Source: Octopus sinensis (Eukaryota). Taken from it: a DNA stretch of 64,000 nucleotides. The DNA lies in the NCBI RefSeq assembly GCF_006345805.1, contig NC_043010.1, forward strand, positions 2,790,001 through 2,854,000. Direction: 5' to 3'. Below are positions 52,747 to 64,000 of this stretch, in pieces. The notes beneath the pieces were generated by a model. That model made no database searches. It was not told where the DNA came from and saw only the letters and a list, made by a program, of their open reading frames with translations. A program made the translations under genes and the position numbers. Every line of letters starts with the position of its first letter. Positions within the stretch are counted from its first letter, which is position 1.

Positions 52747-53148
52747 ACTCTTTTACATGTTTCAGTCATTTGACTGCGGCCATGCTGGAGCACCACCTTT
52801 AGTCGAGCAAATCGACCCCAGGACTTATTCTTTGTGAGCCCAGTACTTATTCTATCGGTCTCTTTTGCCAAACCGCTAAGTGACGGGGACGTAAACACAC
52901 CAGCACCGGTTGTCAAGCAATGCTAGGGGTACAAACACAGACACACAAACATATACACACACACTTATATATATATACATATATACGACAGGCTTCTTTC
53001 AGTTTCCGTCTACCAAATCCACTCACAAGGCATTGGTCGGCCCGGGGCTATAGCAGAAGACACTTGCCCAAGATGCCACGCAGTGGGACTGAACCTGGAA
53101 CCATGTGGTTGGTTAGCAAGCTACTTACCACACAGCCACTCTTGCGCC
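52747..53148 (-). mobile_element. SINE family A, full length, inverted relative to 52085-52490
   Basis: Reverse complement starts GGCGCAAGAGTGGCTGTGTGG and ends GACTGAAACATGTAAAAGAGT. Confidence 0.92.
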
Positions 53149-53619
53149 TATATATATACATATATATGAGAGAAGAAAATGGATACAATAACAATGGGAA
53201 ACTCGTGGTTTGCATTGATATGTCTTTAATTAAATCGGTAACAAAGAAGGAAGATGCAGATATGAGGATAGCATTTACAATCGTTTTGATTTACTGGTTT
53301 AAGTAAATCTCTTCAGACTGTGAATATAGATAGATGCATCGGTTAGGATGCGAAAATAACTGATACCTATGTGATGGTAATGTAAACAAAGTGGTAATTC
53401 TTACATTAAATTTTTGTTCTTGCACTGGTAAATTTATTGGGTATAGGTTTGCCTGTGGTAGATTGGTTGGTTTCGTTGGGTAATTAGGGCACATACAAAT
53501 GCACACATGTATATGCTCATAAAATAAGTACCAGTTAAGTACTAGTGTCAATGTACTCAATTAGTACCCCTCCCAAAATTTCAGGCAGTGTACATAGAGT
53601 AGAAAGAATATTTGTATAT

Positions 53620-53620
53620 G

Positions 53621-53651
<31 letters not shown>

Positions 53652-54935
53652 GGCATGAATGATCATATCCGTAGTGTTTGCAGTATTTATTAGGCAATAT
53701 ATATTCTATATGAACTTAATATGCATATCTTTGCAAAGAATGTCTGTGTGTTTGTGAGTGTGTGCCTTAGTGTGCGATTTCATATCTGTGTATATATTTT
53801 AATGATGTTGAAATTGAGTGTGTGTGTGTGTGTGTTTGTGCATGTATGTATATGTGTATGTATTTCTTTGTTAATGTTAAGGTTGTGTCTATATGTGTGT
53901 ATGTGTGCATGCATGTATGTGCGTGTGCATGTGTATGTATGTGAATGTGTGTGAGTGGGCATGCGTGTATATATGAGCATGCATATGTGTATGTATATGA
54001 GTGTTTGTGCATGTGTGAGTGTTTGCTTAAATCTGATTGCATAATCTGTACATCTGTTTCCTTGTTGATGTTTATTGTTGTGTGCGCATGTGTGCATGCA
54101 TAATGTGTGTATGTGTGTTTGTTTATATGCATGCATGTGTTTATGTGTATGGGAATGCATGTGTATGTTGGACAGTCCAATGTGTGTGTGTGTGTGCATA
54201 TATTGCATGTATATGTATATGTGTGTTTATGAGTGTGTGCCTAAGTGTGATTGCATATCTGTGTATGTATTTCTTTATTGATACTAGTATCAGGTGAATG
54301 TGCGTGTGCATATATATGCATGCATGATTGTCAGTGCATGTGTGTGTGTGTGTGTGTGTGAATGTGTGTGTGAATGTGTTTGCATGTATATGTGTTCATG
54401 CATGTATGTGTGAGTGTGTGCATGCATGTGTAAGTGTGTGTGCTTGTGAATGTGAACTTTAGCATGTATATGTGTGCATGCATATGAGTATATGTGTGAG
54501 TGTATTTGTGTGTATGCACATGTAGGATGAGTGCAAAGGTGAATGTGAATGTGTGTGCATGCATTTATGTACATGTGTAAGTGTGTGTGTGTGTGTGAGT
54601 GCATGCATGTGTATGTGAGTATGTGTGTATGTGTGTATGCATATATATATGAGTATGTGTATGTGTGTGTGTGTGTGTGTGTGAGTGCATGCATGTGTAT
54701 GTGAGTATGTGTGTATGTGTGTATGCATATATATATGAGTATGTGTATGTATGTGTGTGTGTATGTTTGTAAATGTGATTGCATATTTGTCGATATAATT
54801 TTCCTTATTGATGTTAGTATTCGTTAGATGTGTATGTGTGCATATATGTGTATGTATGAGTGAGTGTGTATGTGTTGTATGTGTGTGTGTGTTTGTGTGT
54901 GTGTGTATTTGTGTGTGTGTGTGTGTGTGTGTATC
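53620..54935. repeat. Extended degenerate (TG)/(CATG)-rich low-complexity tract
   Basis: About 1.3 kb of alternating purine-pyrimidine sequence; source of many spurious His/Thr and Cys/Val ORFs. Confidence 0.85.
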
Positions 54936-55181
54936 TAGAGGAATATTGGAAGAAATAACACCTCACTAATTCCCAGTATCACCGTGAACATGATATGACA
55001 CTTCTGTCTGCCTTTCTTGCACCTAGCAGATGTGCCAGAAACTATTGGTTATGACACCTCCAGAGGTGAGGCTGTTAGTGACTGTGACGATGGTGTTGCT
55101 GTTGTTGTTGTTTGCATTTGAGCTTGTGGTTGTGGTGATGGAAGAGAAAGTGGTGATGGCAAGGGTGAAGCAGAGAGAGAG

Positions 55182-55218
<37 letters not shown>

Positions 55219-55514
55219 ATGAAAGAGAATAATGTGTGATTGTGCTTGTGTGTGTGTATGTGTATGTGAGTCTATGTTCTTGTGTGTGCACGTGAATGTA
55301 TGTATAATTTGTGTGTGCACGTGAATGTATGTATAATTTGTGTGTGCACGTGAATGTATGTATAATTTGTGTGTAGGATTTGAGTGTTAGTGAATGCATT
55401 TGTGTGGGTGCATGTGTTTGTAAGTACATGTTTGTTAGTGTGTGTTTGTGAGTTTTTTTTCTGTGTGTGTGTTTGTATGTGTGAGTAAATGACAGAGGAA
55501 GAGAAAGAGAAAGA

Positions 55515-55572
<58 letters not shown>

Positions 55573-56120
55573 GTCAAATGTGAGCTGTTAGAGAGGAATG
55601 AGCAAAAGAATGTGCAAAGGAGAATATATTTGTATGTGTGTGTGTATGTATATGTGAGTATGTGTATGTGTGAGTGAGAGAGACAGAAAAAGTGAAGGGA
55701 GAATGGTAGTAAAAGGGGTCGGTAGATGGTATATGTTCCTGTGTGAGGGAGAGTGAAAGAGATAAGAAGTGAGAGAAAGAAAGAAAGTAATGAAGTGTGT
55801 GTGTATGTATGAGGTCAAATGTTGTTCAAATCCTTTTGAGATCGACACTGCATTCCATCATTCTGGGGGTCAATAAAATAAAACACCTATCAAATCCTGG
55901 GGTCGATTTAATCTTCCTATAAACCATCCTAGATGTGAATTGAATTAAAAAAAAGGAGGCTAAGGCTAAGACATCACTTTTACTCTCTTAACACCCTAAC
56001 CCCTACTCTCTCTCTCTCTCTCTCTCTCCTTGACTCATGCAGATGCACTTTCAATCTCTACCCTCTCCACGTCCACTTCTCTTTTCAAACTCACATCATA
56101 AACGCACACACATATGTTGC

Positions 56121-56172
<52 letters not shown>

Positions 56173-56177
<5 letters not shown>

Positions 56178-56480
56178 TGTGGTCACTGTGACCGACCAGG
56201 CTATCAGATGTTGCTACACATCGCTGGTCACAATGCACTTTGCATTGTTTTAGCCTTCAAATGATGCCACTCCGTTGGCTAAGTGAACAGGCCAACAGAA
56301 GAAAGAGTGAGAGAAAGGTGTGGTGAAAGAGTACAGCAGGGATCACCACACCCTGCTGGAGCCTCGTGGGGTTTTAGGTGTTTTTGCTCAATAAACACTC
56401 ACAATGCCTGGTCTGGGAATCGAAACTGCGATCCTACAACCACGAGTCCACTGCCCTAACCACTGGGCCATTGCATCTCC
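56173..56480 (-). mobile_element. tRNA-derived SINE family D, full length
   Basis: Head GGAGATGCAATGGCCCAGTGGTTAGGGCAG...GCAGTTTCGATTCCC has A- and B-boxes, followed by ~230 bp of non-tRNA body ending in (TA)n. Confidence 0.8.
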
Positions 56481-56846
56481 ACACACACACACACACACAC
56501 ACATATAAAAATAAGGAATAAGGGGAAATTTTACCGGTGAGTGTGTTAAATTATAAGGCATAAAAAGAAAATGACTCTCCCCAGGCACAACAGAATATGC
56601 TTCAACACACAAACTCACATAAAGAATCTTGCAAACTAAATCCAAATACGAAATATATATATATATTAATATATATATATTTAGGTGCAGCTTAGTTAGG
56701 TAATTCAGAAGCCCACTTTGTGATTTTAGGTTCAGTTCTACTGCACAGTACCTTGGCCAAGTATCTTCTAGTATATCACCAGGCCAACCAATGCCTTGTG
56801 AGTAAATTTTATGGATGGAAATTATGTGGAAGACCATTGTGTATAT

Positions 56847-56908
<62 letters not shown>

Positions 56909-57106
56909 GATATTTTCTGATTTTGAGGCGACAATTTATAAATATAAACAGCTGACCGAAAAATGGTGAGCTAACCTCAGGCTGAATCAAACCCACAAAT
57001 TGATGCTTTCATGGCTCCTTGCGAATCTGATTTGCCAAAAGCTCACCCATCAATTTCAGTCAAATTTAGTTAATATATACTTAGATTGTCTTAATACTAC
57101 ATAAAT

Positions 57107-57407
57107 AATATTTTTATAAACAAACCCAAAAGGCTTTGCGAGTTACAGAGCGAAAGCTACTATGGAAGGCTCATAGTATAATAACTGTATAATATATATA
57201 TTATGAGCCTTCCATAGTAACTTTCTCTCATTTTCATTTTCCACTCATTTGTTTATATTTAAAAATTGTCGCTTCAAAATCGGAGAGTAAATATCATTAT
57301 GATATATATTAGATACAGTTATTATTCAGTTATTATACTATGTACCTTCCATAGTAGCTTTCTCTCCATAACTTGCAATTCTTTTCAGGTTTGTTTATAA
57401 AAATATT
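57107..57407. mobile_element. MITE-like element with ~80-bp imperfect TIRs and an internal hairpin
   Basis: Perfect 20-bp inverted repeat AATATTTTTATAAACAAACC (57107-57126) / GGTTTGTTTATAAAAATATT (57388-57407), continuing imperfectly inward. Confidence 0.7.
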
Positions 57408-57426
57408 TTATATATATAATATATAT

Positions 57427-57460
<34 letters not shown>

Positions 57461-57689
57461 AAATATATATATATATATATACATTATAATATAACTATTT
57501 GAAAGCGTTTTTTTGACACTGGTTGATAACCAATGCTGCTCCAGTAAAAGAGACTGGTAGAATATGTACCAAACTTGAAACATAAGTACTGAGGCTGATC
57601 TGTTTGAATAAAACCCTTCAAGACAGAGTTCCAGCATTGCCACGGTTCAGTGACTAAAACTAGTAAAAGATAACTGACGTATATATATA

Positions 57690-57975
57690 TATCGATTGAT
57701 GCCAGGTCAGCCAGACTGGCTCCCATGCTGGTGGCATGTAAAAAGCACCATCTGAACATTGTCGATGCCAGTGCCCCCTGACTGGCTCCTGTGCCAGTGA
57801 CACGTAAAAAGCACACACTACACTCTCAGAATGGTTGGTGTTAGGAAGGGCATCCAGTTGTAGAAACATTGTCAGATCAGGTTGGAACCTGGTGCAAAAG
57901 CTGGCTTTCCAGACTTCACTCAAACCGTCCAACCCATGCCAGCATGGAATTCAGACGTTAAACGATGATGATGAC
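57690..57975 (+). mobile_element. Family C copy with an internally duplicated ~60-bp 5' segment
   Basis: Two copies of GATGCCAG..GACTGGCTCC..TG..ACGTAAAAAGCAC, followed by the AGGAAGGGCATCCAG body and the GACGTTAAAC(GAT)n tail. Confidence 0.8.
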
Positions 57976-58296
57976 ATATATTGTTTTAGGCACATAAAGA
58001 AGCTCAAAATGCATTCACTGCTTGACCAGAAAGTACCCTGAGATGACAGTTGGTGTTTTTACAATGCCTAATGTGAGAATTCTCTGCAATGGCAAACAAC
58101 AGGGATGCTAGCTTTCATAGGGGTCAAATATGTCCCACACACATATCAACTGCTCTAAATGTGTGTGTGTGTGTGTGTACATATACACCCAACAGGGGAG
58201 ATGGGAGAGAGACAAAGAGAGAAAAAGGTGGCCACTCTGACAGTCTGAATGGCTGGCTGCTTAGATGGTTGAGTATGTATGTATGTTCATATGTGT

Positions 58297-58334
<38 letters not shown>

Positions 58335-58632
58335 GAATATTTAGTAAGTTTGATTTGGTGAATGTATATATATGTGTATATATATATATATATATGCACA
58401 TGTATGTATGTATATGTAAATATATATATTCTTTTATTCTTTTACTTGTTTCAGTCATTCTAACTGTGGCCATGCTGGAGCACCAACTTCAGTCGAACAA
58501 ACTGACACCGATTTTATAATAAATATTCCTTTACTTTTATTATGGTATTTCCCGTTAGTAAATGTTACTTTTGATATCCTTAAAATTCCTTTAAAATAAT
58601 GAGACAAAATTCACATCACACATGCATATATA

Positions 58633-58663
<31 letters not shown>

Positions 58664-58898
58664 ATAAACTTAGATGCGCACACACACACATACATATACA
58701 CATAAGGCATCCATGCACTCCACATTACAGTGACATAAAATATAGTAGGTACCGAAATAATGGTATTCACTGGATATCTAAACAATTTAATGCTGAATAT
58801 CAGTTTTAACTAAAACAATGTGTCATATGACATGACTCCATATTGGTAATTAGAGAATGCAAAGTGGGGAGAACTCATGTAGAAGTATGTGTTAGTAT

Positions 58899-58941
<43 letters not shown>

Positions 58942-59121
58942 TCACTCAGTCACTCACTCACTCACTCATACACACACACACACACACACTCACTCACTCG
59001 CTCACTCGCATACACACACACACACACATGCGTGCAGAGATGAGCATTTATATAAATATACACATAAACAAACACACTCACACATATACACTGAGCCATG
59101 CATTCATATAAGCTCATGCAT

Positions 59122-59163
<42 letters not shown>

Positions 59164-60021
59164 ACACACACACACATACATAGATACAGATACATGCATT
59201 CATATAACACACACATAAACAAACATGCACAAAGTGCACGTATATACATACTCACACATTGTAATATACACACACATGCACACATGTTACACACACACAG
59301 TGTACAAAAGACAAGTGAAGGAGCCTGTCTTAAACACTCCACTCTAACACATAGAATATAGTAAAATGAGGAAGTCATGCATACAAACATGCAGACACAT
59401 ACACAGAAGGTATAGATAAAGGGAAGGGGAAAGGGGTAGTAGAGGATGGGTAAGAGGCTGTGTCTTCAACACACACTTCAAAGCACAATGGTTTTGGCAG
59501 GTAAGCCAAGTGAACATTTGTAACCTCTGATTCAGTGGATTGCTTATAAAGTGAGCTAAAATGATCAAATAATCAAGTGGTTCAATAAACCAGCATTCAG
59601 TTAGTTTCACTGCTCAGCCAGCCAACCAGCCAGGCAGCCAGGCAGCCAACCAGGAAGCCAGCCAGCAAACCAGCAGGCCAGCAAGCCAGCCAGCTAACCA
59701 GCCAGCTAACCAGCCAGCTAACCAGCCAGCTAACCAGCCAGTAAGCTAGCCAGCCAACAACTCTGTAAACCTTCAAACAAACCAGCCAATCAGTCAGCTA
59801 ACCAACTAACCAACCAACCATCCAATGAACCAACATACCAACCAACCGGCCAACCAGCCAACCAGATAGTCTGCTGGCAGATTTGTTAGCATCGGAAAAA
59901 TTCTTTGCAGCATTGCTCCTGTCCTTTATGCTGAGTTCAATTCCTTCTGAGGTCAACATTGTCTTTTATACCTCCAAAATTGATAAAGATAAACAACCAG
60001 GCAAGTTCTAGAGTTGATGTA

Positions 60022-60522
60022 TTAGGTCGTCAAGTATGAAATTTGTAGAAAAGAAAAAAAGTTTGCAAATGTTTTATAAATACAAGGAATAGTTTTATTC
60101 ATCAAAGTATGGCAGTGCACTTTTGCCAGTACTCTGTAAAAGCCTGGCAATCTAGAGTCAATAAAATCTTGGAAGGCTTGTTTTACAGCATCGTCGAAAT
60201 TAAATTTTTTTCCTATAAAAAAATTATCCAAATTCTGGAAGAAGTGGTAGTCAGTGGAGGCAAAATCAGGTGAGTATGGTGGATGATGGAGAACTTCCAA
60301 CTTCATTTTCTCTAGTTTTGCCAATGTCACTTTTGTGATGTGTGGTCTGGCATTGTCTTGCAATAAAAATAGGAGTGGCTCTGTTGACTAGTCTAGGCTG
60401 TTTTTGTTTTGTAAGTTTCTGCATCATTTGGTCCAGTTGGCTGCAGTATACTTCAGATGTTATTGATGAGCCAGGTTTAATGAAATCATAATGAATAACA
60501 CCTGTGCCAGACCACCAAACAC
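60022..60522 (-). mobile_element. 5'-truncated mariner fragment (catalytic C-terminal half plus 3' TIR)
   Basis: VWWSGTGVIHYDFIKPG...QDNARPH...HPPYSPDFASTDYHFF, frameshifted between two ORFs. Terminal TA+TTAGGTCGTCAAGTATGAAATTTG differs from the other mariner's TIR. Confidence 0.88.
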
Positions 60523-60834
60523 CTGTAAGGTGGGCTGCGATTGGTCGAAGAAGGTTACATGGTGTCATGGTTCAATATTGGTGTATGGTAACAGTTAGTT
60601 GGAAAATACCACATGGCGAACAGGAAATTGACCACATGGAGGACAGGAAATAGAACATGTAGCAATTAGAAATCGGTCATGTTGTGGGTGGGTGGGGGCA
60701 GGAAGTAGGAAGGGGTGACATGTGCAAGTATATAGTTCCATATTTGGGGGTGAAAACATGCTCGTATAATTTTGGGTGCTTGTGTATATTGATGTGAGTG
60801 TGCACATATGTACATGAGCGTGCTTGTGCACATC

Positions 60835-62650
60835 TGCACACACACACACACACACATGCTTAGATGAAAATGTGTGCATACATGCACACACATATGCACA
60901 TACACACATGCATATTCATTCATATGTACATATGTATATTTGCAGGCATGTATGCATGCATACCAGTGTGCATGCACACATGCATGTGCATGCACCTTAC
61001 TCGACCACTTGCAGCCCACCTTATGATAATAGCAATCAACTGTCATTCAAATTCAAAATGGCTGACGACTAGCATCACACTTGAAACTCAAGAGAATCAA
61101 CGAATTTGATTCAAATTGTTTTGATCCATACATGTAACTCACATTAAATTGGCTGAGTCCACTCGCTCATATAAATATAAAAGACTTGAAATGGTGGACA
61201 CCTCTGTGTAAGTTGGAAGTACACTTAGTAGAGATGGTACACTTGATGCTGAAATAAGTCATTGAATTGAGAAGTGAGTGTGGTCAGATCAAAGTATCAT
61301 GAGAGACATGAAGTTCACTATGTTTGTGTGTCCCCCCCCCCCAAAATCGCTTGACAATTGATGCTGGTGTGTTTATGTGCTCGGACCGCTAAGTTACGAG
61401 CACATAAGCACACCAGCATCAATTGTCAAGCGATTTTGGGGCAAAAGAGACCGATAAAATAAGTACTAGGCTTACAAAGAATAAGTCCTGGGGTTGATTT
61501 GCTCAACTAAAGGCAGTGCTCCAGCATGGTTACAGTCAAGTGACTGAAACAAGTAAAAGAGTAAAGAGTAAGAGTATATATATATATATATATGTATATA
61601 TAAATATATACTTACAGATAAACAGATATATATATATATATATATACATTTATTCAATGTATATACCCAATATACATTCTGTGGGGCAATGATATATATA
61701 TATTACTCACACACACAACGTGTACACTTACATACATGCACATGCACACACACACACACATGCTTAGATGAAAATGTGTGCATACATGCACACACATATG
61801 CACATACACACATGCATATTCATTCATATGTACATATGTATATTTGCAGGCATGTATGCATGCATACCAGTGTGCATGCACACATGCATGTGCATGCACC
61901 TTACTCGACCACTTGCAGCCCACCTTATGATAATAGCAATCAACTGTCATTCAAATTCAAAATGGCTGACGACTAGCATCACACTTGAAACTCAAGAGAA
62001 TCAACGAATTTGATTCAAATTGTTTTGATCCATACATGTAACTCACATTAAATTGGCTGAGTCCACTCGCTCATATAAATATAAAAGACTTGAAATGGTG
62101 GACACCTCTGTGTAAGTTGGAAGTACACTTAGTAGAGATGGTACACTTGATGCTGAAATAAGTCATTGAATTGAGAAGTGAGTGTGGTCAGATCAAAGTA
62201 TCATGAGAGACATGAAGTTCACTATGTTTGTGTGTCCCCCCCCCCCAAAATCGCTTGACAATTGATGCTGGTGTGTTTATGTGCTCGGACCGCTAAGTTA
62301 CGAGCACATAAGCACACCAGCATCAATTGTCAAGCGATTTTGGGGCAAAAAAGAGACCGATAAAATAAGTACTAGGCTTACAAAGAATAAGTCCTGGGGT
62401 TGATTTGCTCAACTAAAGGCAGTGCTCCAGCATGGTTACAGTCAAGTGACTGAAACAAGTAAAAGAGTAAAGAGTAAGAGTATATATATATATATATGTA
62501 TATATAAATATATACTTACAGATAAACAGATATATATATATATATATATACATTTATTCAATGTATATACCCAATATACATTCTGTGGGGCAATGATATA
62601 TATATATTACTCACACACACAACGTGTACACTTACATACATGCACATGCA
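60835..62650. repeat. Tandem duplication, period 904 bp
   Basis: Identical ORFs at 60864 and 61768; the differences I saw are confined to homopolymer lengths. Confidence 0.95.
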
Positions 62651-63363
62651 CACACACACAATGTGCACATTTACATACATGCACACACACACACACGCAC
62701 AAGCACATGCATGCACACACACACACACTACCCAGCCAAATTTAACCCTGTGTTGGTTTTCAACCAACAGGGGTTTTTGGTCAGTGTATTTTGCAGAGTA
62801 ATTGCTTTCTCAGCAGCCGCAAAGATATTGTCATAGAACAGAAGCTGTCTTTAGAAATGTAAAGATCTGAGAAGAAATAGATTTGTATGAATTGTAAAAA
62901 AGATTCATTATGTTTCGTTCAGCTTTGAATCATATTCAAAATCAGATTTCTAATTCCAGCTCACAAGAATTCTGGCTTTCACAAATCTTAAAAATCGGAC
63001 AAAGATGAAAGACATAAGATTTGCTTGTACTGTTGTTGTTGTTGTTGTTGTTTTTCTTTGCTTTTTATGTACTTTGCTTATTTTTTTTTTTAAATATTTC
63101 GTTTTTTCTTTCTTATTTCTTATTTTTAAAGTTGTGATGAAATATCTGTGACTTTCTCTCTTTCAATGACACACATGTATAATCACTCCAATGCACATGG
63201 ACATATAGACATACATACACCAAAACATACACACATTTACACACACATGCTCACAGCCACACACACACACACACAAATTCCTTATTTATCCCTTTTCTTT
63301 TACATTCTTCAATTTCTTACATTTTGTGATTGTGTGTCTATATATATATATTTATATAATTTA

Positions 63364-63434
<71 letters not shown>

Positions 63435-63907
63435 TGTATGTATATATAAATTCATAGATATAGATATATACCTACATACACATGCATATATTTATCAGTC
63501 CTTATTTACTTCTCATTCACTCTCTCTTTCTTTCTCAAACAAATTATATATAGATGTATGTATGTATGTATGTATGTATGTATGTGTGTGTGTGTGTGTA
63601 TGTGTGTGTATGTATGTATATATATATATATATATGTATGTATATAAATATATATATATATATATATATGTGTATGTATATATATATATATACATATATA
63701 TATGTATGTATGTATTCAACTTCATCTCCTTTCTTGATTTTCATCTCTACTTTTCACTCATTAAGACTTTCCGCCTCTTCTCTCTATTTCTTTAGCAAAC
63801 CCCCTTCTCGTAGGTCACTCTCTATTTATTCCTTTATCTTACTTTCTCTCTCCTTCTCACTCTCTCTTTTTCTTCATTCTCCCATCTTCTTTTCTGTCAT
63901 TCAATTT

Positions 63908-63943
<36 letters not shown>

Positions 63944-64000
63944 CTTTATTCTTTCTCTCTCTGTTATTCTGTCATAATAATTATCTGTTTTTGATCTATC

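Noticed and set aside
56405-56480. tRNA gene
   Set aside because: The acceptor and anticodon stems do not pair properly and the head continues into a SINE body.
62740-63000. Possible minus-strand exon (TTCTTCTCAG acceptor near 62870)
   Set aside because: No convincing donor and no recognisable coding frame.

Overview
AT-rich, microsatellite-saturated animal genomic DNA, most likely octopus (coleoid cephalopod); this is inferred from the protocadherin type and the repeat landscape, not from a database hit. The only supported host gene is a six-cadherin-repeat protocadherin on the minus strand. One large exon (acceptor at 17706-17707, true ATG at 17666, donor after 15231) encodes the signal peptide, EC1-EC6, the transmembrane helix and about 90 aa of cytoplasmic tail. 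A short terminal exon (~14859 downward) and a remote non-coding first exon (~38925-39060) are candidates only. The rest is mobile-element debris: four SINE-like families (called A-D here), a full-length but dead mariner, a second mariner fragment, LINE 3' fragments (L2/CR1-like and RTE-like), a Penelope-like relic with a degenerate minimal hammerhead motif, several MITE or fold-back elements, two homogeneous minisatellites and several near-identical tandem duplications that may be assembly artefacts. Almost all ORFs in the supplied track are microsatellite artefacts. I found no clearly new biological system. The most interesting signals are a LINE fragment whose 3' stem-loop tail matches SINE family A, ambiguous tandem splice sites that could give alternative protocadherin C-termini, a non-canonical EC3-EC4 calcium linker, and several long hairpins. 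Repeat boundaries were read by eye and are approximate unless a TSD or TIR is quoted.
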